Assembly: GCA_963829055.1 (NCBI GenBank)
Contig: CAWHHI010000004.1
Coordinates: 544,001 to 608,000 of the forward strand
Length of the DNA stretch: 64,000 nucleotides
Reading direction: 5' to 3'
Origin: an uncultured Gemmatimonadaceae bacterium
GTDB lineage: Bacteria > Gemmatimonadota > Gemmatimonadetes > Gemmatimonadales > Gemmatimonadaceae
Part shown: positions 12,222-23,308 of the stretch, piece after piece
How the letters are laid out: every line of letters begins with the position of its first letter
Numbering within the stretch: the stretch's first letter is position 1
Made by a program: the position numbers and the translations under genes
The notes under the pieces: generated by a model
What the model saw: only the letters and a program-made list of their open reading frames with translations
What the model was told of the DNA's origin: nothing
Database searches by the model: none

Positions 12222-12682
12222 CTAGCGCGCGACGCCGGCGACTGGACGAAGGCGATCGATCAGCTCGTGCAGGCGATCCTCGGTGAGATCGATCTCCGCG
12301 GCGGCCTCCTCCATGTCGACGAGCCCGGCGCGCATGGACGTCGCGAGCGCGTTCAGGTGGCGGATGTTGTCCAGCACCTCGACCGTGAGCTTGCCGCAGC
12401 GCGTGGAAGCGGCGGCGTTGCGCGAGCGCACGTCGGTAGCGCTGCACGAGCTCTCGTTCACCGAGCGACTGGGCGGTGGCCGATCACGCTCTCCGCGCTG
12501 CGTCCGGGCAGCACCCCCTGATCGACGATGCCGTCATCGTCGGCCCACGCTTCGTCGGAGAACCAGAGTCGACCCACGAACTCGACGCCGTCGTGGTCGA
12601 TGCGGAGCGCCACGTTGTAGCGCTCGCCTTCGACGTCGATCGTGGCGATGTGCGGCATTTCGAACTTCTCGAGCGTCGTCAT
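12222..12682 (-). CDS. Hypothetical protein, frameshifted
   Basis: Joined frames MTTLEKFEMPHIATIDVEG...GVEFVGRLWF...LTVEVLDNIRHLNALATSMRAGLVD with coding-like codon usage. Confidence 0.7.
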
Positions 12683-12696
12683 CAGGCTTCCCCTTC

Positions 12697-13627
12697 TCAA
12701 GCGGGGGTGGTGGTCAGGAACTCGCGCATGGCATCGAATAGAGACGGCGGTTGCTCCACATAGGGCACATGTCCGCAGTCTTCGAGGACGACGAGCCGAG
12801 CACCCAGCGCACGGCGGCTGCTTCCGACGACGCCAGCGGGATCGGATCCTGTCGTCCGTGGACGATCAAGCGTCGGGATTCGTCAGTTGCTGGAGCGACG
12901 GCAGGAGATCGAAATCACCGAGACTGCCCCACACGCTCTGCTGGACCCGACCGACGACGCGGAATGGCGTCAGGTCGCGTGCGCGGGCGGGATCCGCGAA
13001 GTAGCCGGCGACGCTCAGCTCGAAGCCGCGCTGGCGATACGCGTCGGGATCGCGCTCTCGCAGGCCGGACGCCGGCCAGCTCGCTGCGCAGCTGCTGGAT
13101 CGGCTTCGCCCTGTTGGCGTCGCGAGAACTCCGCCTCGAACTGCTCGCGGTAGTCGCGCGTGATCGGGGCAGGATCAATGAGAAGCAGGGACTGGGGACT
13201 GGGAATGCGGGAACTGGGAACCGGGAATCGGGAACCGGGAACCGCCGAACTGCTCCGCATCGATACTGCTGGCACGGACAGCGTAGAGCATCGCCAGCAG
13301 GCCGCCCCACGAGTAGCCGACGATCTCGAGAGGCGAGAGCCCAAGCTCGTGGACGACGGCGGCGAGGTCTTCGACGTGCGTCTGCCAGGTGATCGGCGCG
13401 GGATCGTCCGTGCGCGAGCGACCGCCGCCGCGCTGGTCGTAGAAAATCAGCTCGTGGTCCGCGGCGAGATCGAGCATCTGCGGCAGGAGGTACTGATGGT
13501 CGGCACCCGGGCCGCCGTGCAGCACGAGCAGCCGCCGCGCGCCGTCGCGACCGTAGGCGCACCAGTACAGGGGAACCGGGGTAGACGTTGTGAACCCGGA
13601 AGCTCGGGGGGGAGGAATCGGCGGCAT
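12697..13627 (-). CDS. Alpha/beta hydrolase (proline iminopeptidase-like), frameshifted
   Basis: VLHGGPG, FYDQRGGGRS, nucleophile GYSWGG, C-terminal CGHVPYVE. Confidence 0.88.
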
Positions 13628-13660
13628 TGATCGCTTTCCGGTTGAAGGCGGTGAATGTTT

Positions 13661-13676
13661 TGTGACGTACGTCACG
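13661..13676. promoter_or_regulatory. CRP/FNR-like box
   Basis: TGTGA-CGTACG-TCACG, containing the perfect 14-bp palindrome GTGACGTACGTCAC, in a divergent intergenic region. Confidence 0.45.
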
Positions 13677-13739
13677 CTTGCGTCACGAGCCGGTGTTGCG
13701 ACGCGGAATGTATCCGCGCGCGCGGGGCGGTTCGCGATT

Positions 13740-13767
13740 TTGACAGCGCGTCGATCTCTGGCATAGT
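13740..13767 (+). promoter_or_regulatory. Sigma70-like promoter
   Basis: TTGACA-N16-CATAGT with an extended -10 TG, upstream of ATG 13841. Confidence 0.5.
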
Positions 13768-13840
13768 GGCAGGGAAGCGTCGCGGCTGATAATGTCAGGG
13801 CGAAGCGCCTTACAACTGGACGGCACTCTTTGGAGGTCAT

Positions 13841-14522
13841 ATGCGAAAGACAGTGTTCACGTTTGCGTTCGGTGCGATGATCGCGCCGGCGCTGCTCGCG
13901 GCGCAGGATGCGACGAAGGCGGTTGCTGGCGGCGGCGAGGTCGCGCCGGGGTGGCAGATGCGGATCGATCCCCGCGCGGGCAGCGGCGACGCCACCGAAG
14001 TTCGTCGCGATGGGATCGGATTGCATGCGACGACCGGCTCGCGCGCGATCTACTGGCGCACCGGCGACGTCGGCGAAGGGCAACTACACGGTCGAGCGCG
14101 ACGTTCACGCTGTCGAAGCCGCCCGGTCACGCCGAGGCGTATGGGCTCGTCTTCGCCGGCAAGGACCTAACGACGCCGAAGCAGAACTACATGTACTTCA
14201 CGCTCGGCGGCAACGGCACGTACCTGATCAAGCACCGCGCCGGCGACGCCGACTCGCGAGATTCACACGATCGCGGACTGGACGCCGAGCGATGCGATCG
14301 CGAAGGCGGACGCGAGCGGGAAGAGCACCGACAAGCTCCGGTCGTGGTGGGCGCGCAGAAGATCCAGTACATGATCAACGGCAAAGAGGTGTACAGCATG
14401 GACCGCGCGAAGGCAGTTGGCGCGGGAACATGCTGGCGTCACGGATGGCATTGCGGGCATTCGCGTGAGCCACAATCTGGACGTGCATATTTCGGACTTT
14501 AAGATCACACCGAAGCAAGTAG
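13841..14522 (+). CDS. Secreted hypothetical protein (probable beta-sandwich, DUF1080/lectin-like), frameshifted
   Basis: GGAGG RBS, signal peptide MRKTVFTFAFGAMIAPALLAAQ, HAEAYGLVFAG, DGIAGIRVSHNLDVHISDFKI. Confidence 0.65.
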
Positions 14523-14625
14523 CTATCGGCCATCAGCTATCGGCTATCAGCTCCAACGGCGAACCCTCGGGACGTCCGAGTAGAGCGTCCCGGGGGTTCT
14601 CGCTTGATGCTGATAGCTGATAGCT
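14519..14625. terminator. Hairpin with GCTATCA/TGATAGC heptamer arms between convergent genes
   Basis: Core GAACCCTCGGGACG...CGTCCCGGGGGTTC, similar to the core at about 8624. Confidence 0.6.
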
Positions 14626-15530
14626 GTAGTACTGTCGCTGCGATCCGCACCGTGTTCAGATGCACCGCCACGCTGTCCTCGATATTCCGGCCGTAGCCGC
14701 CGGCGATCGTGATCGCGACCGGGATGCCGACCTCGCGACAGGCATCGAGGACCATCGCGTCGCGGCGCGCCAGGCCGTCGAACGTTAGGCAGAGACGGCC
14801 GAGCCGGTCGCCCTCGTGCGCAGTCGGCGCCCGCGAGGTAGATCACCAGGTCCGGCGCTGCCGCCGCGAGCACGCGCGGGAGCGCGTCGGCAAGCGCCGC
14901 GAGATAGACGTCGTCGCCGGTGCCGTCCGCCAGCTCGACATCGAGCGAGCCGGCGACTTTATGAAACGGGTAGTTGCGCCCGCCGTGCATGCTGAACGTG
15001 AACACGGAGTCGTCGCCGGCGAAGATCGCGTGCGTGCCGTTGCCCTGATGCACATCGAGGTCGACCACCGCAGCGCGTCGGATGCGACGGTCACGCTGCA
15101 GCAGCCGGATGGCGACGGCGACGTCGTTGAACACGCAGAATCCCTCGCCATGATCGGGGAAGGCGTGATGTGTTCCTCCGGCGAGGTTCATGGTGACACC
15201 GCGCTCGAGCGCCGCGGCGGCGGCCTCACACGTTCCACCAACGGCGCGAAACGAACGCTCGACCAACGACTCCGACCACGGGAGCCCAATGCGGCGCTGC
15301 TCGGCTTCGCTCAACTCGCCGGCGATGAGTGCGTGGACGTAGCGCTCGGTGTGCACGAGCAGTAACGCGTCGATCGATGCGCGCTCGGGTTCGTGCATGT
15401 CCTCGGGCGCTACGAGGCCGCTCGCGAGCACGGCTTCGCGCAACAGCGCGTACTTGGCGATCGGAAAGCGGTGGCCGGGCGGCAGGGAAACCGTGTAGCG
15501 CGCCGACGTCCAGCAGTGGAGCGGTGTCAT
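14537..15530 (-). CDS. Histone deacetylase family protein, frameshifted; 3' end approximate
   Basis: GHRFPIAKY, NLAGGTHHAF, GFCVFNDVA, DLDVHQGNGT, YLAGAD, AGGY. Confidence 0.92.
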
Positions 15531-15702
15531 TCCGAGCGAGCGACAGCCAGGTGCCCGCCAACGGCGGGCGCAGTCGAGGAATCCTTGGCGTCCGGGTAGA
15601 GAGCCCTCTGCCATGCAAGACCGAGGATTCCTCGACTGCGGCCTGCGGCCTCCGCTCGGAATGACACAGTCCGCTCGGAATGACAATCCCGCTCGGAATG
15701 AC
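15526..15702. repeat. Palindromic REP/MITE-like element, copy B, with three tandem right ends
   Basis: GTCATTCCGAGCG at the left; CCGCTCGGAATGAC three times at the right. Confidence 0.9.
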
Positions 15703-15705
15703 GCC

Positions 15706-17044
15706 CTACATCGCCGGCGTGCCGCCGGGCGTCTTGTAGACCACGCCGTTCTTCATCACGAACACCGGCTTCTCCATCGCCTTGATGTCGGCGATCGGGT
15801 CACCGGGTACCGCGACGATGTCCGCCCACTTGCCAGTCGTCAGCGTTCCCACGTTGCGGTCCCAGCCGAGCAGCTTCGCGGCGTTGCTCGTGCCGGCGAC
15901 GATCGACTGCATGGGCGACATGCCGCCCCACTCGACCATGAGCGTGAACTCGTGGCCGTTCGCGCCGTGCGGACCCACGCCGGCATCGGTGCCGAGCGCG
16001 ATGGGCACCTTGTTCGCCATGGCGATCCTGACGGCGTTTCGCATCGACTGCGCTGCGGCGAGCGCCTTCTCCGCGCGGAGCCCCTTGAGCACGCCGCTCT
16101 TCGCCGCGCGCTCCACCGCTTCGCCCGCGCGAGAGCGTCGGCACGAGGAACGTGCCCCTTCTGCGCCATCATGCGCGCGCCTTCCTCGTCGAGGAACGAG
16201 CCGTGCTCGATCGACGCGACGCCTGCACGCACGGCGATCTTGATTCCCTCGGCGCCATGCGCGTGGGCGGCGACCTTGCGCTCGAGCTTCGTCGCCTCGT
16301 CGACCATCGCCTTCATCTCCTCGTACGTGTACTGCGTCGCGCCGACGGCGTCACCTTCGGAGAGCACGCCGCCGGTCGCGCACGTCTTGATGACGTCGGC
16401 GCCGTACTTCACCTGGTAGCGCACCGCGGCGCGGATCTGGTCCGGGCCGTCGGCGATGCCGGTCTTGAAGTCGCCGTCGTCGAGACCGGGCTTGAAGCCG
16501 TTCTCGTCGCAGTGGCCGCCCGTGATGCCGAGCGAGTGCGCGGCGGTCTGCATGCGCGGACCGATCACCCACCCTTCGTTGATCGCCTTGCGGATCGCGA
16601 TGTCGTCGAAGTGCGGCGCGCCGACGTTGCGAATCGACGTGAAGCCGGCGATCAGCGTGTTCCGCACGTTGAACCGACGCCGAGGATCGCGCCGAACGAA
16701 TCGACGTCGCGGACGGCCGCGTCATCGCCAGCGGGGTCGCCTAACGTGCGTCCGATGACGTGCGTGTGCGCGTCGATGAACCCGGGCAGCAGCGTCGCGT
16801 TGCCGAGGTCGACGGTGCGTGCGCCGCTCGGGATCGTGACGGAGCTCGCCGGCCCGACGGCGACGATGCGATCGTCGGTGACGACGACGACGCCGTTCTG
16901 AATCGGCGCGGCGCCCGTGCCGTCGATCACGCGCGCGGCCTTGAGCACGACGGTGCCCGAGCCCTTGATGGGGTTCGTCGGGGCCTGAGCCCAGGCGAGA
17001 GTCGGAAGCGCCAGCGCCAGCGTGACCAGGGTTCGCATCGTCAT
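15706..17044 (-). CDS. Secreted amidohydrolase (Xaa-Pro dipeptidase-like), frameshifted
   Basis: TLLPGFIDAHTH, ITGGHCD, VIKTCATGGV, VAAHAHG, SIEHG, ALGTDAG. Confidence 0.9.
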
Positions 17045-17101
17045 GAGCGGGAAGAGAGTGGGTCCGAGCTTCAGGTCGAGCAGTGACGGCGGCAACCGCC
17101 G

Positions 17102-18469
17102 TCACGTGCCTCGTTTGCCTAGCGTCACCTTCAGTGTCAGCCGTTCGGTGCCGCGGAGCACGACGACGTCGACGGCGTCACCGGGCTGGTGTGCGTACAG
17201 CGCGTCGGTATAGGCGTACAGGTCCTTCACGGGCTTGCCGTCGAACTCGACGATGATATCGCCCGCCTTCATGCCCGCCTTGTCGGCGGGGCTGTCCGCT
17301 CGCACACCGGTGAGCCTAACGCCGGCGACCTCGGTCGCGCCCATGTCGGGGATCGACCCGAGGTAGGCGCTCGTGGCGTCGCGCGTCGAGGTCGTCGGCG
17401 CCGCGGCTGCGGCCCGCACGAACGTCAGCGGCTGCGGGCGATCGGCGATGTCCCGCGTCACGCGTTCCGCGAGCGCGACCACGCGCGCCATGCCGGCAGC
17501 GTTCACCTTGTCGGCATCGTCGCTCGCCTTGTGGTAGTCATCGTGCACATTCGTGAAGAAATGCAGGACGGGAAGATTCTTGGCGTAGAACGAGCTGTGG
17601 TCCGACGCGCCAAAGCCGTCACCCGTGGCGGTGAGCCGCAACGGCGTCACGGCATTGGCCCGGTTCACAATGTCTGGCAGCTCCTGCGCGGTCGCGACGC
17701 CATACACGATCATGCGGTCGTCGCGCAGGCGACCGACCATGTCGAAGTTGAGCATCGCGCGCACCTTCTCGAGCGGTACGGGCAAGTGGTCGACGAAGTA
17801 CTGCGATCCGAGAAGGCCCAACTCCTCGCCACTGAACGTGACGACGATCACCGACCGCTTCGGCGGATTCCGTCGCAGCAGGCGACCGAGCTCGATGACA
17901 GCAGCGGTGCCAGATGCATTGTCATCGGCACCGTTGTGAATCGCGTTCGGTGCCTCCGGATCGAGCGCGCCCATGATCGAGCGGCCAAGATGGTCGAAGT
18001 GCGCACCGAGGATCACGTATTCGTCGCGCAGTGCCGGGTCCGTCCCGCGCACGACCGCGGCGACGTTCTGCGTCGGCAGCTCACCGGGGAGCCCGGCGTG
18101 CGCGGCAGCGACCGATCGCGCGACGAAGTGCTGGATGAATCGGCCATCGCACGCACTCGCGCCCGAGGTGCAGCGCCGGCGCAGATACGCCCATCGGCCG
18201 ACCGCGAATGCTGGCGCAAGTCCGGTCGCCGCCAACCGTCGGGCAATGTAGGCGGCGGCGGAGTCATTGCCGGCCGTACCGGTCCCGCGGCCTTCCAACG
18301 CGTCACTCGCGAGGTACCGGACGTCGCCCATCATGAGCGCCGTGTCCGGCGTGGCGGAGGGCGCAGGGGCGGGTGTGGACGTAGAACCACGACAGCCGAG
18401 TGAGCCCAGCGCCAGCGCACCGAACGCGCTAGCTGCCAGTGCCCGCCAGGCTTGCGAACGACTGATCAT
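17102..18469 (-). CDS. M28 family peptidase with C-terminal PDZ domain (lipoprotein)
   Basis: GAHFDHLG, GADDNASG, FSGEELGL, LNFDMVG, SDH, DYHKASDD; PDZ YLGSIPD...SPADKAG. Confidence 0.93.
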   Translation of the reverse strand: MISRSQAWRALAASAFGALALGSLGCRGSTSTPAPAPSATPDTALMMGDVRYLASDALEGRGTGTAGNDSAAAYIARRLAATGLAPAFAVGRWAYLRRRCTSGASACDGRFIQHFVARSVAAAHAGLPGELPTQNVAAVVRGTDPALRDEYVILGAHFDHLGRSIMGALDPEAPNAIHNGADDNASGTAAVIELGRLLRRNPPKRSVIVVTFSGEELGLLGSQYFVDHLPVPLEKVRAMLNFDMVGRLRDDRMIVYGVATAQELPDIVNRANAVTPLRLTATGDGFGASDHSSFYAKNLPVLHFFTNVHDDYHKASDDADKVNAAGMARVVALAERVTRDIADRPQPLTFVRAAAAAPTTSTRDATSAYLGSIPDMGATEVAGVRLTGVRADSPADKAGMKAGDIIVEFDGKPVKDLYAYTDALYAHQPGDAVDVVVLRGTERLTLKVTLGKRGT

Positions 18470-18550
18470 GTAAAGGCCGGACAGAGGGTGGATCGGGAAG
18501 GAATGTTACGGGCCGCGTAGGGGCGAGAGAAGACCGAAGGGGGCGGCGTC

Positions 18551-20369
18551 GTGAGTATCCGCCAAGGCATGTCGAGCGTCATGCAGGGGAAGAAGTCTCC
18601 ACTCTCGGGATGGTCCGCCCTGGCATGTCGAGTAGCGCAACCACGTTTCCCGCTCGGTTCGCCGAGCTCGTGTATCTCCTTGCCCACTATCCCGCGCGGA
18701 CGTGGGAGCACGAGCAGGTGCTGGCTGCCGCCATGGCGGGTCTGCGCCAATGGTGACGCCTCGCTGACGACGAGCCAGCTGAACGTCGACCTGCTGGACG
18801 AAGGGCAGTCGAGCGACGCCGTGCAGCTGCACGAGCTCGTGATGCGCATGTCCGCGCACTCCGCGCACCAGATCGACTTTCCGGTGAACACCCCGCGCAG
18901 CGAGGTTCTGGGAGTCGCACGAATCCTGGCGGGTGACGCGCGGCCTAACGATGACGGCGCTGCATTCGATGACCGGTTGCTGAAGCTCGGCACGACCATC
19001 GTAGAGGTCCATCTCGGGCGCAGCGGGTTCGTGCGCACGGGCGGCATGACGCCGAGCTCCTCTCCGCGCGTGGCGGCTCCGACAGCGAGGACCGCCACAC
19101 CGTTTCGGGCGATGCCGGCATTCGGGTCGCTCACTCCTCCGCACCCCACACGGTCCGTTCCGACGCCACCAGCCGCCGCCTCGTTGCGCGCGACGCCAGC
19201 GCGACCGACGCCGGTGCGCGGAAGCGCACTGCCGACGGCCGGAGGAGAGCTGACGTTAGGCGCCTCGCTGCCTTCCGTGGCCCCACCGAGCCGTGGTGCC
19301 GGTCCTCCGCTCTCGAGGATCCGCGACGAGTCGGTCCGGATGATCGAGGGTGCCATCACGACGAAGCCGCTCGCCTCGATGTCCGATGACGAGTTGATCG
19401 AGCAGCTCCAGTCGCGCATCACGCCACAGAACGTGATGGCCCGGCTCGACGAGATCATGAGCGTCGCCGAAGCGCGTGCACAGGAGAACCGGTGGGAAGT
19501 CGTCGCTCGCGTGTTCGATGCCATCGTTCGCAACGAGGCGGCCGCCGAACACAATCCCGACCTGCGCCGGGCCTACACGATCGGGCTGCGCCGCCTGACG
19601 AAGCCAACGCTGCTCCGCGGCATCGCCGGGCTCCTGCCGCGTCGTCCCGAGATGCGGGATGTCCTGCACGACGTGCTCCTGCGACTCGGTCCCGATGGCG
19701 CCGAGGCGTTGATCGACCTGCTGACGGCGGCCGATTCGCTCACGGATCGCCGCGCGTATCTCGCGGCACTCGTGAAGTGCCGCGACGCCGTGCCGACGCT
19801 CATTCACCTCCTCGGTGACAAGCGCTGGTACGTGGTGCGGAACACGACGGACCTGTTGGGCGAGATGCGAGCCGTGGAGGCGGAGAGCCCGCTGATCGAG
19901 ACCGCGACGCATCACGAGGAGCGCGTGCGCCGCTCGGTCGCCACTGCCCTGGCGCGACTCGGCACGGCGCGCGCGATTCAGATCGTGCAGCAGATGCTCG
20001 ACGGACCCCGTGCCCGAGGTGCGCGTGCACGCGGTGCAAGGGCTCGGCGGTGTGACGATGCCGAGGGCAGTGTCAGTCCTCTCACGGGCGCTGGACAGCG
20101 AGCAGGATCAGGAAGTCCAGGCGGTCATCCTGGCCGCGTTAGGCCGTCAGGCGACGGACGAGGCGGTGGCTCGGCTCCTCAAGGCGGCCGAGCCGGACGG
20201 GCGCCTCTTCAAACGCAAGCCGACGGCGCTCCGCGTGTCCGCCGTGCAGGCGCTGGCCGAGGCGAACACACCGGCGGCGTTGGCGGCGCTCAAGCGATTC
20301 GTGGAGGACAAGGACCGCGACGTGCGGGATGCCGCGGCGCGCGCGCTCAGGCCGAAGTCCGAGGGCTGA
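18551..20369 (+). CDS. HEAT-repeat protein, frameshift near 20010
   Basis: DKRWYVVRN, EERVRRSVATAL, PEVRVHAVQGL, DRDVRDAAARAL; Pro-rich linker. Confidence 0.8.
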
Positions 20370-20420
20370 GTCCTCGAACCGACCGGCGGGAACGGGGAAC
20401 AGGGAACCGGGAACTGAGCT

Positions 20421-21489
20421 CTACCGGGCGGTAAAATCCGTTTCCGGGGTCACTGCTCGACACGTCTCGGCGATCAACTCCGCGGCGCGATCCAGATCCT
20501 CGAGGCTCACCATCTCGTTAGGTGAGTGCATGTAGCGGTTCGGGATCGACAGCAGCGCCGTCGCCACACCGTCGCGCGCCACGTGGATGGCGTCGGCGTC
20601 GGTCCACGACTCGCGCCCCGCCGCGTGTACCGTGAAGGGAATCGAGAGACGCGTTGCCGTGTCGCGCAGCAGCGAGTACACGACCGGCGAGATGATCGAC
20701 CCACGCGTGAGCACGGGCCCCCCGCCGATCTTGTGGTGGCCGTGCTCCTTCTTCTCGGCGCCCGGGTAGTCCGTCGCATGCGTCACGTCGACCACGATCG
20801 CCATTTGCGGGGCCGACGCGCGTCGCGCTCACGCGCGCGCCGCCACCCTGAAACGCGATCTCCTCCTGCGTCGTGGCCACCGCGACGACTCGTGCCGCGC
20901 CAGGCTTGTCGGCGTAACGGCGCAGCGCCTCGAGGACGATGAATGCGCCGATGCGGTCGTCGATGGACCGCGAGACGATGCAGCTATTCGGGAAGTCGAT
21001 CGTGCGCGAATCGATGACGCCGGGATCGCCGACACTGACGATGCGCTCCGCATCTTCGCGCGACGCAGCGCCGATGTCGATCCAGAGATCGGTCATCTCG
21101 GACGCCTTCTTCCGGTCGTCGGGCTTGATCACGTGAATCGGTTTCTTCCCGATGACGCCGAACACGTGGCCGTCGCGCGCCATGATGCGGATGCGCTGGC
21201 CGACCAACACCTGCGTATCCCAGCCACCGATGCCGGAGATGTAGAGGTAGCCCTCGTCATCGATGTACGTGATGATGACGCCGATCTCGTCGATGTGGCC
21301 GGCGAGCATGATGGTCGGCGAGCCCTCGGCGTTCACGACCGCCAGGCTGTTGCCGGCGACGTCGTTCGTGACTTCGGCGAAGGGACGGGCTTCGTCGCGC
21401 CAGAGTTTTGCGGGAGCCGACTCGAACCCGGACGGACCGGGCGTGTCGAGGAGGCGCTTGAGGAAGGCGATTGACGATTCGGAGAGCAT
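20421..21489 (-). CDS. M42 family metallo-aminopeptidase, frameshifted
   Basis: TPGPSGFE, LAGHIDEIG, IDDRIG, TTQEEI, VDVTHATD, TDAD, RYMHSPNE. Confidence 0.93.
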
Positions 21490-21508
21490 GTGGGCGTACA
21501 TTGGTTGA

Positions 21509-21865
21509 ATGACGATCCTCTACATCATAATCGGGCTTGCCGCCGGCGTGCTGTCGGGAATGTTCGGCATTGGCGGCGGCGTCGTGATCGTACCGGCACT
21601 GCTGTTCTTCGCGGAGATGAGGCCGCTCGCGGCGACGGGGACATCACTCGGCGCGTTGTTACTGCCGGTTGGGGCGCTCGGTGCGTGGACGTACTACAGG
21701 ACGGGCAATCTCGATGTTCGCGCGTCGGCGCTCATCGCGCTGGGATTGTTTTTCGGCGCGTTCTTCGGTGCGCAGGTCGCGCAACATCTCACGGCGGTGC
21801 AGCTCAAGCGGGCCTTTGCGGTCTTTCTGGTGCTCGTCGCCGTACGGGTCTGGACGGCGAAATAG
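21509..21865 (+). CDS. TauE/SafE (TSUP) family exporter, half-size
   Basis: AGVLSGMFGIGGGVVIVPAL, ATGTSL. Confidence 0.88.
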   Translation: MTILYIIIGLAAGVLSGMFGIGGGVVIVPALLFFAEMRPLAATGTSLGALLLPVGALGAWTYYRTGNLDVRASALIALGLFFGAFFGAQVAQHLTAVQLKRAFAVFLVLVAVRVWTAK

Positions 21866-21887
21866 CACACAGAGCTGCACGCTACCT

Positions 21888-21914
21888 TGCCGACGGCTGC
21901 ATGCTGCGGCCGCA
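21888..21914 (+). repeat. 27-bp intergenic repeat, copy 1
   Basis: TGCCGACGGCTGCATGCTGCGGCCGCA, identical at 43144-43170. Confidence 0.8.
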
Positions 21915-21994
21915 CGCTGCCCGCTGCTGCTATTAGCGCCCGGCACACCACGCGCTGCTCGCCGCGCAGCGGCGAACGACAACAGTACAGCGGC

Positions 21995-22912
21995 TTACGT
22001 AGCCGGCACCGGCGCGAGCCTCCGCGCGGAAGTGGCATCCGGCGGACCGAACAGCGTCGGGTGCAGAACCGCCGCGAGTACCTCGATGCCGTCCACCACG
22101 CGCGGGCCGGGGCGACTCAGGAACGCGTTCGCGTCGACCGCCCACACCTGCTTGTCGCGAGCCCACGCCCAGTCATCCGTCATCAGCACGCGCTCGCCAT
22201 CGGCCGCTGCGCGGTCGAGGTCGAAGCCGCACGGCGCGATCAGGATGAACTCCGGGTCTGCGCCGCGGACCGAATCGAGTGTCCGCGTGCGCGAGTGCTC
22301 GCCCGGCTCCGCCAGGATATCCTCGCCACCGGCACGGTAGACCATCTCCGGCACCCAGTGTCCCGCGGCGAATATCGGGTCGGTCCACTCGATGACGGCA
22401 ACACGCGGGCGCGGCGCTCGCGCCGCTTTGAGCGTCTCGTGGACCTCCCGCATGCGCGCTCGCGCCCGCTCGACGAGCGCGTCGGCGCGATCCGTGACAT
22501 GGAGCGCCGCTGCCACGCGGTGAATGTCCTCGAAGATGCCGTCGAGTGTCGTGGCGCCGAGCGTGACCACCTCGGGGCGCGGGCGAAGGCGCGCGGCGAG
22601 CGCGCGGACATCACCCTCGCTGACCGCGCACACCTCACAGACGATCTGTGTCACCATGAGGTCCGGCGACAATTCGCGGACGCGGTCCTCGCGCACGTCG
22701 TACAACGGACGTCCCGTATCGACGAAATCGCGAACGGCCGTGTCGATCGCGTCAGGCGCGGCTTTGGAGTCGATGGCGCTCGAGGTCACGATCTCGCGCG
22801 AGCGCACCGCGGGCGGGAAATCGCACTCGTGCGACACGCCGACGATCGCGTCGAGGTGGCCGAGCGCGGCCACGATCTCGGTGGCCGACGGGAGGAAGGA
22901 GACGACGCGCAC
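21995..22912 (-). CDS. BtuF-like / cobalamin-binding periplasmic-binding-fold protein
   Basis: VRVVSFLPSATEIV, VGVSHECDFP, TQIVCEVCAV, EWTDPIFAAGHWVPEM, SRPGPRVVDG. Confidence 0.85.
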   Translation of the reverse strand: MRVVSFLPSATEIVAALGHLDAIVGVSHECDFPPAVRSREIVTSSAIDSKAAPDAIDTAVRDFVDTGRPLYDVREDRVRELSPDLMVTQIVCEVCAVSEGDVRALAARLRPRPEVVTLGATTLDGIFEDIHRVAAALHVTDRADALVERARARMREVHETLKAARAPRPRVAVIEWTDPIFAAGHWVPEMVYRAGGEDILAEPGEHSRTRTLDSVRGADPEFILIAPCGFDLDRAAADGERVLMTDDWAWARDKQVWAVDANAFLSRPGPRVVDGIEVLAAVLHPTLFGPPDATSARRLAPVPAT

Positions 22913-22914
22913 GC

Positions 22915-23308
22915 CTAACGACCGTTGCGAACGGGAAAGATGAAGTACGTGAGCAGGAGACACGCGACGCCGTAAAGATACCACTGCGGGTCGCCGAGCA
23001 GCATCCAGAACAACCCGCCGTAGATCGCGGTCGCTTCGCCGAGCGCCCACGCGATCACGCTGAACGTCCCGCGGCGTTCGGGCGTCGCTCGGCCCGCGCC
23101 GAGGAAGAGCCCGAGCGTGCCGAGCGTCATGAACCCCCAGACGGCCTGGCCAGCGACGCGCAGCGCACGCGGAGTCGATGCCGTACGACTCGTACCCCGA
23201 GCGCCGGACGTACCAGACAATGCCGCCGAACGCCAGCACACCGACGAGGAGCGCGATGCGGATGAGCGCGAGCGTGCGTCTCGGAGCGGACGCCGGCGCT
23301 GCGGTCAC
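22915..23308 (-). CDS. Hypothetical membrane protein, frameshifted
   Basis: Four hydrophobic segments across two joined frames. Confidence 0.7.

Noticed and set aside
15651..15702. CRISPR-like repeats (CCGCTCGGAATGAC x3)
   Set aside because: Spacers are only 4-5 nt, the unit is the terminus of the palindromic element, and there are no cas genes.
21995..23308. 437-aa membrane-anchored BtuF fusion
   Set aside because: Frameshift artefact. The membrane gene ends at TAG 22915 and the binding protein starts at GTG 22912.
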